A DNA stretch of 64,000 nt. Source: Octopus sinensis (Eukaryota). Shown here piece after piece: positions 12,728 to 25,153 of this stretch (the first letter of the stretch is position 1; each line of letters begins with the position of its first letter). A program made the translations under genes and the position numbers. The notes under the pieces are model-generated. The model saw only the letters and a program-made list of their open reading frames with translations. It was not told the DNA's origin and made no database searches. Where the stretch lies: positions 23,188,001 to 23,252,000 of the forward strand of contig NC_043013.1 of the NCBI RefSeq assembly GCF_006345805.1, in the 5' to 3' direction.

Positions 12728-13249
12728 CAGTGAGAGAGCAGTGCATGCCATCAAAGTGACACTGGGGTATAAATATATGAATCCTAATGTACCCATCATG
12801 ACTACCTGTCTGATAAGGATATACAAGGCACATGTATCACAACCATATGTGTGCCACATGGTGACCTCATATCTAGATAAACAGCACATGACCTTGCAGG
12901 TGGGGCCCAGTTAGAATTCACTTTATATAAGGATTGTTTAAGGATGGTAAATAACATACCCATGTTTCCAGGGGTGAATTATTCAAACCCCAAAGAACCC
13001 TTCTCAACACATGAATGTGATGCTCCCCCACTACTTCTGCTCGTAATCAGAGATGCACATATTGTCAGTCACTAAGGGACATGCTCAACTGGTTAAGGTC
13101 AAACAACTGACAAGCAAATATGTGGTATTGAGCAGAATATTTGCTGTAGCCTATCTTTTACACCAAAACAAAACATGTACATGTTAACACTTCCAATCAG
13201 TCAAGATCAGAAACCTTGAGAACAACTGCCTGGTACAGAATCAGGGCAT
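12728..13249 (-). mobile_element. Putative ~520-bp non-autonomous element flanked on both sides by (TAA)n-like runs
   Basis: Bounded by attatttttattatt (12713-12727) and ttattattgttgttg (from 13250); abuts the R4/Dong 3' tail. There is only one copy in this window, so its repeat status is inferred. Confidence 0.4.
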
Positions 13250-14170
13250 TTATTATTGTTGTTGTTGTTATTATTATATTGTCTTTTCACAACTTCTAAT
13301 GCTGTAGATGTCCTATGGTGTCAGCTGTTCACTGCCAGTGAACTAAGGTAACAAGTCTTATTTTTCGAGCACCTTCCTGAGTATTTGAGCGGTTCCAAGC
13401 AGTGCTGTTTTCTGCAAGTACTTCACCCTTATTGCAGCCCCTATTTGTTCCATGTACTTCTCGAGATTTTTGCTCAGTTCCCAGGGCTCCGACAATTACT
13501 GGTACTACTACCACCTTTTTCATCGACCACAACTGCTTAACTTCCCAAGCTAACCTCTCACATCTATTGACTTTTCTTTCTTCCTTATTGCATACCTTGT
13601 TGTCAGCTGGGCATGCTGTATATATGATCCAGCATAGTTTGCTTTCTTTCTCAATTAACATTGTGTCTGGCTTCCTATTCTCTATTTCATGGTCGCACTG
13701 AATTATAAAATCCTGCAGGATCTTTGCATTATCATTTTTGACAATGCCTTCAGGTTTGTGATCGTACCTAGTTTTTGCTCTGTCAAGTCCATACTTGTTG
13801 CAGAGTGTCCAATGGACAAGCCTGGCTATATTGTCATGGCATCTCTTATATTCCTTCTGGGCTAGTGACGTACATTGGCTGATAATATGCCATACGGTTT
13901 CACCGTTTTGTCCACAGATTCTGCACTTATCCCTTACTGATATGTTATCTATTCTGTATTTTATGTAGTTTGTTCTTAGTGATTGCTCTTTGGCAGCACA
14001 GATTAGAGCCTCCGTTTCCGCTTTTAAATCACTTTTAGTCATCCACAGCCATCTTTTTTCTCTGTCTCTCTTATGTTCAACATCCCTATGAAATTGACCA
14101 TGCATTCTTTTCTTTACCCACCTATTCACAGTATTTGCATACCAAGAGAGTGGCTTGGCATTCTGCATTT
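13250..14170 (-). mobile_element. R4/Dong-clade non-LTR retrotransposon 3' portion (CCHC knuckle and restriction-like endonuclease) with (TAA/CAA)n tail
   Basis: MHGQFHR...LKAETEALICAAKEQSLRTNYIK; CRICGQNGETVWHIISQC; (R/C)HDNIA; RKPDTMLIEK; KEERKV; VVVVPVIVGALGT; tail at 13250-13276. Confidence 0.85.
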
Positions 14171-14539
14171 CTGTTGTTTTCCTTTCGCTGCTGACGCTTC
14201 TCAACTTGTTTGTTTCTCTGTGTGTGTGTGTGTGTGTGTTACTGTCTCCTTGTTGATAGTTGTAATGCAGTGTCACTGTCATGCAAGCACTGTCCTTCAT
14301 TTCCAATTTTCTGTGAGGACGTTTGGTTTTATGGGGAACTATTTCTTTACAGGCGAGAGTTAGTGACAAGAAGGACATCTGGCTGTAGGAAATCTGCCCC
14401 AGCAGATTCCATGTAAGCCATGTGAGTATGGAAAAGGGGACATTAAACTTAGCCCCAGAAATTGATAAAGTGATGATAATCTCTTGTAGTCCAAGAAAGA
14501 CGGATCTACAATTTTGTGCACAAATCAGTTCTTGATAGG

Positions 14540-14762
14540 GACCAAATATTTGTGCTGTACATCAGCTCACTGCCTCCACCGAATTGGTGTTGCCCTGAAC
14601 AGGTGCACAAGTGTACCACACGTCAAGTGTTGGAGTGATTGCAGGACTATGTGAGAATGAAGTGTCTTGCTGAAGAACACAACATAGCACCACCTGGTCC
14701 AGGAATTGAAACCACATTCTCATGATCATGAATGCAACTCTCTAACCACCAGGCCACGCAGG
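14540..14762 (-). mobile_element. Degenerate tRNA-derived SINE
   Basis: Reverse complement has a tgcgtggcctggtggttagagag...ggtttcaattcctggacc head and a tgttcttcagcaagacactt body, like the 784-1124 type. Confidence 0.6.
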
Positions 14763-17700
14763 TTCACATGATTGATACCTGACAAAATACGAATGTTGAT
14801 ATAATTGACTCTAACTGTCGACTAAAGGTGTTGTTGTTGCATGTCTGCAATCTGAAAGCTAAAACCAGTCAAAGAATGCAAATATTTAAACCATTTGATA
14901 CTTATTAATTCTGCTTAATTGTACTATTCAGTTCTTTTTCTTTTTAATTTAGTTTTGTTGAGTTGGATTCGTGACAATTATTGAATTAGTATTTTGCTGA
15001 AAAATAGGAATTTGCATGTTTTTTTTCCTTTCTTTCCAATTTTTGTTTTAATTGGTGACATCTTTGTCATAGGGTATATGTCTGTTTGTGTGTGTGTGTG
15101 TGTGTGCGTGCATGTGTGTAGTCACACAAACACACTTGGATATTTGGATATAGCATAGCTGAATGTTTAAAAAGTTTACTTCACAACCAAGAGACCCTGG
15201 TTTCACTCCCTCTATGTGGCATCTTGAGTGATTTTTTTTTCCACCATAGCCTTGTGTAATGGTCACCCCAAGTCTTGTGGGTGAAAGTGGGCAAGCAGAA
15301 ACCACAGGGATTTGTTGGATGAATTAAGTCTGTAGTTTAGAGTAGTCATGGAGAAACTTTACCCCTCAGGATTTTCTCACTGGCACATCAATGAAAAATT
15401 ACCTTGAAGGTGTTTTACTAGTATGCCCACCTATTGATGACCCAGGCCTCTCTACAGCATTCATCATTAAAACCTGCAAAGACTTATTGTGTGTGTGTGT
15501 TTGTCTGCCGAGCCAGTGGGGTGGCATCATTCAGAAGTCATAACAGTGCAAGGAAGCACATTGTGACCAATGATGTATAACAACATCTAATAGTCGGATC
15601 AGTACAGTGATAAAAAGAAAGTATTATTCTACAGACTGTAGACATGCTACACTATATTTAATGGCTTCATCAAAAATATTTTTGGTGTTATTTATATGGT
15701 AAAACATGTCTACAAGCCATAAAATATTCTTAATAAGTATAGTACACTGTGTGGCAACTGTATGGAATCCTTTCTTGAATTTCGGATTAGATGTAACTAT
15801 TTATATAATGCTGTTTGTATGTATGCATATGTAATGTTTTAACATTATCCTTGGTCGGGCTTTATCCTTTCATATACATTCTGTTACAATGTCTATTTCT
15901 TCAGATTATCAAGAAACAATGGTGTCGTTCATATGCCTTATCTAAAAAATTAGATACTAGGTAAGGATTTCACTTTCTTTCTTTGTTTCTTGTTCATCAT
16001 TTTCCCCCCTCTATATTTACTCTCCTGTGTTACAAATATGTTTGTGGTTCTAGTTGGGGTTTGAACCAGGTATAGTAACTAGGTGGAGAGGGTGCTAAGC
16101 TTCATAACTGATGAGCCGTGTGTGTTTTATACATTTGGTTTGATTCTGAATGTTTAATTCTTTATGATGGGATTATATCTAAGATGGAAATGAATGTTGC
16201 ATGTGAAAGATAAACCCCACAATATGGAATAAGTTGGTGTACCATGACAACGAGAAAACAATCTGACATTTTGACAAGTTTCTATTAGAAATACTCGTTC
16301 TCTTCCCATCATCGTCTTCCCCATGGTAGACTAACTTTATTCCAGTTAGTGAAATTCTTGTACTTACCACTTGCCAATGCAGACCAATTCTTATTTCCTG
16401 GTATTTTACCATTTAGCTGGTTATGCGACACTGGTATTGGTTACAGCTGTGGACTCACTTTATTTGCTGCATCGAACTCTCCCATGCACCAAATGGCAAT
16501 TGCTAAAAAGCATTCGTGAAGTAAAATCATGTAGCAACACCAAATGGCGGTGTCCCAGCATGGCCACAGCTTGTGAGCTGAAACTAGATAAATTAAAAAT
16601 GAAATAAAATAAATAAAAGATATACATTTCGAACAGGAATTTAGCAGCGCCACCTCCAGCCGAACAATTATTCTGTGCTGATGGAGGGAAATAACCCAGA
16701 AATCTCGATACGCAGATATTGGTTTTGAGCTGAGTAGGGGTGCTAGATTCCCTTATTCGAGAATATAAGGACAGAGATCGTGTCGTATAGCCAGCTGGAG
16801 ACGATGTTTCCTGGGGTTAAATTACAGCAACATTCATCCTAAACAAGGACTGCCATGTTATGTTGGCAAATAATCTTTACTACAGGATGAAATATGTTAT
16901 TGAATTTTAGTACAAAAAATGTCGGGGTCACATTAAATTCAAGATTCCATTGTTCTCAATTCAATATGGTAAGTCTTATCAATCATGAACAGGTGTAATC
17001 CAACAGGTTTCCATGCTGTTCCTACCTTTACTCAAGTTCACTCACACGTTTTCGTTTGACCTGTAGCTGTTCTAGAAGCTTGAATTCCAGTCACATTATG
17101 GCTTCAAACTTGGGACATATCTGATTGCAAAGCAAACTTTGTAAGCAGATGGCCATCCCTTTGCAACACTGAAGAGAGTTATGTAGCGATGGTGTTAAGA
17201 AAGTAGTCTTGCCCCAGGAAGGTAAAGATGGTGTTGTTACTAAACTGAAATGCATGTTCAAACCTTGCTTCAGTCAACCTCAAATAAATACCACTTCCTG
17301 CAGCTCATAGAGACACACATATTCACTACAAAAGGATGTGTCTATTGATTTTCCCCTCACAGATGCTGGCACATGTCAGTCATCAATAAGTAGCATCTTT
17401 TCCAGAAGACCAAAGACAGACAAGGAACTTAGAGAAAGACATTACGAATACTTTTCATTCAATTACTTTCTGTAATTGATTCTCTCCAGTTTCCTAACAC
17501 GGGTATTTAGACAGAGACTTTCAGCATCTTGTTTCAATTAGATTATTTTTACTTAATTTAACTCATCTTCTTTTTCCCTCACAAATTGTGTGTGTGTGTG
17601 CTTCTGTTTGGCCCAATATTTTATCAACATCATCACTACGATCAACATCAGCAATGTTCACTTCAGTGGGATTTGAACTCGGAATATAGAAAGCCAGAAA

Positions 17701-17766
17701 AATACTGCAATGCTAATAATTTTGCTGAAGTAACACAAACAACAACAAAAATGTTTTCTTTTATTC

Positions 17767-18127
17767 GTTTCAGTCATTTGACTGTGGCCATGATGGAGCA
17801 CTGCCTTTAGTCGAGCAAACCGACCCCAGGACTTATTCTTTGTAAGCCTAGTACTTATTCTATTGGTCTCTTTTTGCTGAACTGCTAAGTTATGAGGACG
17901 TAAATACATCAGCATCGGTTGTCAAGTGATGTTGCGGGGACAAACACAGACAGAAACACACACATATACGACAGGCTTCTTTCAGTTTCCATCTACCAAA
18001 TCCACTCACAAGGCTTTGGTCGGCCCGAGGCTATAGTAGAAGACATTTGCCCATGGTGCCATGCAGTGGGACTGAACCTGGAACCATGTAGTTGATAAGC
18101 AAGCTACTTTACCACACAGCCACTCCT
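17767..18127 (-). mobile_element. SINE family B (head aggagtggctgtgtggtaag...ggttcagtccca; tail ...caaatgactgaaac)
   Basis: Full-length homologs at 35128-35544, 43185-43586 and 49870-50256; partial copies at 39285-39425, 48345-48490, 55577-55750, 58766-58925 and 60045-60202. Confidence 0.88.
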
Positions 18128-19887
18128 GCTGTGTGTTTAATTAAAAAAAATTTTTCTGCTGTGAGTTGGCAGATTTATTAGCAAACCAGACAGAGTGCTT
18201 CATGATATTTCTTCTGGCACTTTATGTTCTGAGTTCAAATTCTGCCAAGGTTGACTTTGCCTTTCATCCTTTCAAGGTCATTGAAATAAATGCAAATTTA
18301 ATCCTGGGCTTGATGTAATCGACTGTTACCCTCCCTCAAAAATTTCAGGTCTTCTGACTGTATTAGAGAGGATTATTTGATATGGAAATCATTTTAAGTA
18401 ATGTATTTTTGTGCAAAGCTAGTTTCTGTAAAGTGTCCTGATTAAATATTTGCAGGTGATCTATAGATTTTGCATGGTGGGAATCCGACTTCACTCTAAC
18501 CTGTCACATTAGTTTTGTCTGGTGTAGATTAAATGCAAGATAATTTGATTGTCACACCTGATGACATCTAGTGTTACCTGAGATTGAAGTATGATACTCA
18601 CTGTGCTGGAGGTCACTTGTAACTGTTCGTTCAGGTAATCTGTTTGGCTAAGACTGTGTCTTTGCCTTTTCTAAAATATAACACCATTGTTACCCCAAAC
18701 CCGAGTGAAATATTGTTTAGTGTGTGTGTGTGTGTATTTTGTGTTAGTCTGAGGTGTGGAGAGAGGGAGAGAGTGTCAGTGATATTTAGATTATGTTACA
18801 AAACCGTTCTAGTGTTTATTGAGGTTTGCTAATAATTCATGTGAGTGTTTGGATATTAATTGCAAGAGTTGGGATATCATATTATAACCATGAATTATGT
18901 TTCTTGGTATGTCTGGGAATAGTCTTTCACTTTTAATATCTTCTGATCAATTGTTCGTGGAGTTTCTTTCTCAGGTTTGCTTAAGTTGACTTACAACAAC
19001 AAAAGATGAGGAAGTAGAGCAGATTGCTTTTGTCCAGCCTTAGATGCGTTTTCTTCACAGTTTTCAGATTGAGAATTTAAAATGTGTGGTGCCATTTTGT
19101 AGGTGATTTCTTGGGGGTGATTTCACTGTTCACAGAGGCAATGACTAATGACCGACACCTTTGGCAATACACTGTGCTTGAGAAGATACGTCAAGCCTAG
19201 CGGAATCGTAATCATAGCTGATGTTGGTGCCATGTAACTGGCACCTGTGCTGGTGGCACGTAAAGAGCACCTTTCGAGCATTGGGCCTCAGAGAGGCAAA
19301 GTGGCTGAGTTCTTTTCAAGCGTTGGGCCTCACAAAAGACCTTTGACATTATGACATTCTTGAGAAGACCCATCAAGCTGAGCAAAACTGCAGTGGTGGC
19401 AGGTAATGGTGTCACGCAAATGGCACCCATGCCGATCAAATGCAAAAGCACTCATTACACTCTCAGAGACATTGTTGAATCTGTTTGAATATTATGTTAA
19501 TCCTTTTGATGCCAATCTGCCTGAAACCACTCCTGGTTCTGTGATATAGACTTATTGTCTTTAAGTAACGTAAATTAAAACCTCCCATCAAAATTTCATG
19601 TTAACGTACAGTCCAAATACCATCATAAATAATAATGACAGTTTTTTTTTTATTCAAGTTTTTATTTTCAAAATTATTTGAAACAAATGCAGTATATACC
19701 TACAGAAATAAGGTAAAAAAAAAAAAGGGTTAAAGGTACCATTGTGGAATATTCAGTTATTTATTATACTGTAATACAGTTTAGTTGGTAGTTCTGTTAA
19801 TCGACCAACTGGAACAATCAGTTACCAGAATGGACCATTCATTCATATAATAGCATTTAAGTGAGTTAGTTTTATTCATTGGTTTAA

Positions 19888-20107
19888 CCCTTTAGCATTC
19901 AGATTATTCTGTCAAATGTAAAGCTTATATATTCACACCATGTAAAATTAATCTTGCATCATTTCATGGCTTTGAGATTTCAATGATGTGATTGTTTATT
20001 TTTAAAATGACACAATAAGGTAGCTATGAATGACCATATCTGACTAGTTTGAACATAAAATAGGTAGAATATTTTGACCGGATATGGCCGGTTTAAACAC
20101 TAAAGGG
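19888..20107. mobile_element. piggyBac-type MITE (220 bp, TTAA TSD)
   Basis: TTAA at 19884-19887 and 20108-20111; same TIRs and body as the copy at 11008. Confidence 0.9.
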
Positions 20108-20975
20108 TTAAAGTTTTAGTAAGAAAGGTTTTGCGAGTTTGAAATAAACAGTTATTTTCTGAATAAATTGACTGCAGTGTAAAATCTCATGAAGCAAGGA
20201 CTGAAATTCCAGCGACCATTATTAACTTTATTGGCTTAAGATAGGTATTTGGCAATGTTCCTCAAGGGTCTCAATGAAGCATCCTTTAAACCTATGGGAT
20301 TCAGGAGTACTACATCTCGGTCTTAAGAAAGTTTTATCTTGAGTTCAGTCCATGTGCAAAGACAGAAAATTGAAACAATTGTTGCTTTGACATCACCACT
20401 GAAGTTCACCAAGGGCACACTCCCGTCACAATTCCTTTCTATTAATCATGGATTTCATTACCCCCACCCCTGGAAAAAAGAAAGAAAAGGGGAAAAGAAA
20501 AGAAGACAAAGCAGTTAGTTGCAAAGAATTGATTAAAAGTTAGAGACAGTTTGGCTGACCTGTACTTTGCTGATGGTATTGTATTATTGGTAGAATTTAG
20601 AGGCAGTCTGCTTGAGCTGACTCAACTCCAGAGTAAAGTAGCAAGAAAACTGAACTGGAAAGGAACACAAAAAAAGACATAAGTCTATGAGGAATAGTGG
20701 AGAAAAGTTTGATAGATGAAGATCTTCACCGTTGAAGTTACGAGCCAATATTTTGGCAGTGTTCTGTGATAATAGAGATGCTGGAACTGATTTCAGTTGC
20801 AGAATCAGAATCGTGCAATGGCAATAATTCCACAAATGTATAAAATCTGGTCCATGAACAACCATGGTATCAACATCAAGATTCACTGGCACAATATCCA
20901 TTGTACTACCAATGGCGCTTATGTTGCAAGTGAAATGTGGAAGGAAACGGAATGTCTTTCACGAAATGTGTTTAA

Positions 20976-22030
20976 CCCTTTCGTTACTATATTTCTGACC
21001 AAAATACACCCCTTATGTGTTTCAATTACTTTCTAACATAATCATAAATTTAGTCTGGTTTCATTAAACAACTATAACTTTTTTATTTATCAATATATTA
21101 ATGTGATTTTTGGAAGATAATTTAATGAAATGTTCTCAACCAATTCTATACTATAATTTTTGTCACAAAGTGAATCTAATTGCAGGTAGATACAGGTAAA
21201 TTCAACAAAATATTGAATTATTAAAATTTTGTTCAAACATCGCTATAGAAAATGGGTTATTAGCTAATATTCAATTGGGTATACAACAAAATTTTACGAT
21301 AGAATTTGTTATTCTGGGTAACTTTCTGATACCCATAATAATATTTATGGCAAAATAGTCTTAATTTCATTTAAGGTTGTGGGAAACCACTAACTATCCT
21401 TTCTTTCACTTTGTTTACATTTAGCGTAACGGTTCGTTTCTGCCGTAATGATTTCAAATAGGCTCATTTGAAAAAGTAAAAAGAAATAGTCTAAGGCTTT
21501 ACTCTCCTGGGAAAGTCTGTGGCTTGGTCCAGTTTCTTTAGAAAAATCACCGAAAGAAACAGTTTTTAAATTTTCATTTTCTTTATCGCTGTTGGAGCTC
21601 TCAGATTCACTGTTTTCACTTTCGGAAAATGAAACATCAGATTCATTATCAAATACCACGTGCTTTTTTTTTCAGTCATAGAGTTAGATTTATCAAGGTC
21701 TTCAGTAGAAAATCCTTCAAATTCTGACTCGCTGCTTGATATAAGGAAATTCGTATCCATTTTTTGTCAGAATTACAAATTTTGAAAACACAATAGGAAC
21801 AAATTTCGGAAAAAAATCTCCCAAAATTCACAGAATTAAAATTACACTTCGATCGTTGTACAAAACTGTAGATGAACTGTTTACGAAGTATAATCACTTG
21901 TTTTCACGAATGTACTAAAGAGATTTGCTCTGATATTCTCATTTAAATATGAATAGGTAAATACGGGTGGGTTTGGGTGGCTTGGTCACATTAACCAAAA
22001 TTTTTTTTGGGCGGTTTGGTAACGAAAGGG
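20976..22030 (-). mobile_element. piggyBac internal-deletion derivative (1055 bp) with transposase N-terminal remnant
   Basis: Perfect 12-bp TIR CCCTTTCGTTAC; TTAA at 20972-20975 and 22031-22034; coding remnant SESEFEGFSTEDL...FSKETGPSHRL...ALDYFFLLFQMSLFEIITAETNRYAK (PGBD-type N-terminus). Confidence 0.9.
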
Positions 22031-22649
22031 TTAAGGAAAATCTTGAGAATTACTGTAAGCATTTTAAAAATTAAGAAAGTCTTAAGAAGAGCATCATTAT
22101 GAAACTTTCAAAACATAATATCAGAACGAAGAATATGTCTGTCTGTCTTTCTGGTGATATTCTTGAGGAAGCTAGAGTCTTGGGTGTGCAATTGTAACAC
22201 CGAGAAGGAAACGCAAGAAGAGGAAAGATAAAACAGAAAAGACCTGAGCACCATGAGGAAGAGCTGGAAGGCTCTCAAGTGACACTGGGGAAACGGAACA
22301 TATTAACTCCTCGAAAATACCGGAGGAGAGAGAATTGCCATTTGACGAACACATATACTGAGGAGGATGGACTCAGTGAAAAACACATGGTGAAAAGTGA
22401 TCCAGAATCTATCAGTTCAATAACTGTTTGGTTTTCATGCTTCTACTTGAAAATGTGTGAATAAACAATGGAAGATGTGTGTTTGGTTCTGTGCATGTGT
22501 GTGTGTGTGTGTGTTCTTTTGTGAAGTTTCATGTAAATACTTGCTTTGAGTATTGAATATATTTTGGTAGCAAGTTTTGAGGCATTTTGTCTTTGCTTTC
22601 TGATTAGTCTTACTATGATTAACGAAGCTATTGATTGATTCAAATCTAG

Positions 22650-22681
<32 letters not shown>

Positions 22682-25153
22682 CTTTGTTACTGCTACTAAA
22701 TTACTGTTTTTTCTGGCTCCCATATCTTTACATCATATAAAAACAATCAAACTTAGTGTCCAGCTTTTTTATCTTCATTTTCTTTTCCTTCTTATTTTTT
22801 TTTTGTTTTAGTTTGTATTTTCTATTCAGTTTTACTTTCCCAAAACATCACCATAATACCTGGCAAGTAAGCACACACTTTCTCTTCAATAGAGATGCTC
22901 TCCACATCTCTATGGAATTTTCTCTTTGTATTGCTACACTTAACTCAAACTCGCCTTCTTTTCCTCAATGAGCCACATGACTAATTACTTTTAAATTCAG
23001 ATCTACTTAGTAATATTAAAAATGTTAATTACCATGTAAGTATGCCAAGCAAACCACACCTTTTACACACACAGAGAGACACACCTTATTCCTTTGGGAC
23101 TGAGCATGTAAACATTATATCACTATTTATTCTATTCTGAATCACCGATTTATTTCACTGTCTTCAGTATATTGTGTTGGGAGTGCCACAGAACCAGTAA
23201 CCGCCACCTGCCCACCACAGGGATTAACAAATTACTGGCTTTTTTTTTTCCTGGGAATGTATTTATTTTATTATTACTTGATTTTTTTTTTTTTTTTTGC
23301 AATTTTAGTTATTTTATATTTTTTGGAATCAAGATTCCATTGAAATGACTGTTTTATTTTATTCATAAATTTTCTCTCTTGTCCTGGAACAGTCAAAAAT
23401 GATCTCTGCTCACACAGGCTTTGTTGTGCCATTTATATACTTGTCTGTTTTCTTGTTTGTTTTGATGAACTCTTTGCTCAGACAGCAAGATATTTAATTG
23501 GTGAGAGTGCTCAATAGCTCAACAAGTAATCAGTGCTATGACTTTTTTCAATTAGACAAACAAGAATAATGAACTTCAATACACCACATTAAAAAAAAAA
23601 AGGAATATTTACAAGTTGTTGAACTAAAGACATTTTTTCAGCACCATGAGTGATTGGTCTATAAGTTAAGCAAAGAAGGAGAAAGGAACATAATAGTTAC
23701 TTTGTGTAACAATGAGAAATAATAATAAAGTGAGTGAAGGGAACCCTCAGTAAATCCCAACTTATACTACGGAGGAATGTAAGCTGGGAAGCCAGGAGAT
23801 ATTTAGTGGGTACACACACAGGAACTTGGGTGTTAGTTTATTTAAGCAACACATGTAAACTTGGTACGATTTTATTTGATTTAAATAATAAACAGACATG
23901 TTTTGCAGTTGTCAGCCTGTTTTGAGAATTGACTAAATAGAAGAAAACTTTGGGAAAGGTTGATAGTATTATCATCAGCATATTTCTGTGTTTTTACTTC
24001 CTTGTTCTCAACGCTTTTATCCAACCACAAGTTCACTGTTGAGTTGCGTCACCCCACACCAGATCCTGCATTGGCCAATCCTTTCCTTTCAAAATTGCTC
24101 TTCTTTTGAACTTCTCCACTTGTTAACGCAATTGGTGTGATGCAGTAAACTTTTCCTTACCTCTTTCTGTGGGGTGGGGAATGGGATAAAATAAAGTACC
24201 AATCAAATGTTTGGTGTTGTTATAATTTGGTTGCACTTGCACACCAAAGTTTGTGGTGGACTTGTGCCTATGTTGTAAATTATAGTTGTTATTATCCTGA
24301 TTGTTAGATTACCAGAAATACTAGTCATTAATTAAATAATTAGCAATATTGGCAGGCTAATGAGGGAGCCTGTTCATGGTCACAGTTTCTGCTACGAGTA
24401 GCAGTAACCTCACCCTACCATCTTTAATAAGGAAATAACACAGTGGATAAAGTAGTCTAATACCCCTAAAAGGACAGATTGGTCATGGCTGGAATGCCTT
24501 TGATTATAGACTGTTCAATTAAGGATTGACCTAGGGCTAACCAGTGACAATAATAATATTATTTTAGATCTCAAATCTTGCTGTGGTTCACATCACCTTG
24601 AAATAGGCTCCAATACTATTGGTGGCTTATGATTGGATAAAAAGTCAATCATTGGAGAGGAAGAAATACAGTGAAATGGAATGAATTCTTAGTATTTTAT
24701 TGTTGAAGGAGAGAAACAGAGGAGTTCGTATTGATGTGTGACTGAGTGGATGATTTATGCAATTTATTTCAGTGTCTTAAGCCTTGTCTTCAAATTGTGT
24801 TGGAGTTCACATAACCGACCATCTGTAGTTATTTAAATAAGTACCTGCTATACACTGGGGTTCTTTTAACTGACTACACTCATGTCATACAAATTTGATG
24901 TGGTACCTAATGAAAAGATTACATTGCTCTATCTCTTGCTGGCTTAGTTCACTTTAACTCTGGAGTATTTGGTCATAGTCTGCAATAGGAACAAATCTTG
25001 TTAATAAAGGGTTTCCTTGGGTCACAGTGCTGAAGTGAAGTTCTGCTGGCCTGCGACATGTTGAAAGGGATTCTTATCATTGTTTCATTTAACCTTTTGG
25101 CAATTAAACTGGCCACATTTGAAGAATGAACCCCACAACATAGCTTAGTACTT

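Noticed and set aside
14170-14378. N-terminal part of the 349-aa ORF 13329..14378
   Set aside because: It runs through a (CA)n microsatellite and SINE-tail sequence. Only the part from about 14170 downward is retrotransposon-derived, and the element is not intact.
16440-17310. Non-repetitive-looking, higher-complexity block, possibly an old transposon
   Set aside because: No recognisable protein motif in the frames I read, and no TIR or TSD was found.
22143-22464. Purine-rich, coding-looking stretch with a basic cluster (PRRKRKKRKDK)
   Set aside because: There are stops in all frames, no convincing splice pair and no recognisable domain.
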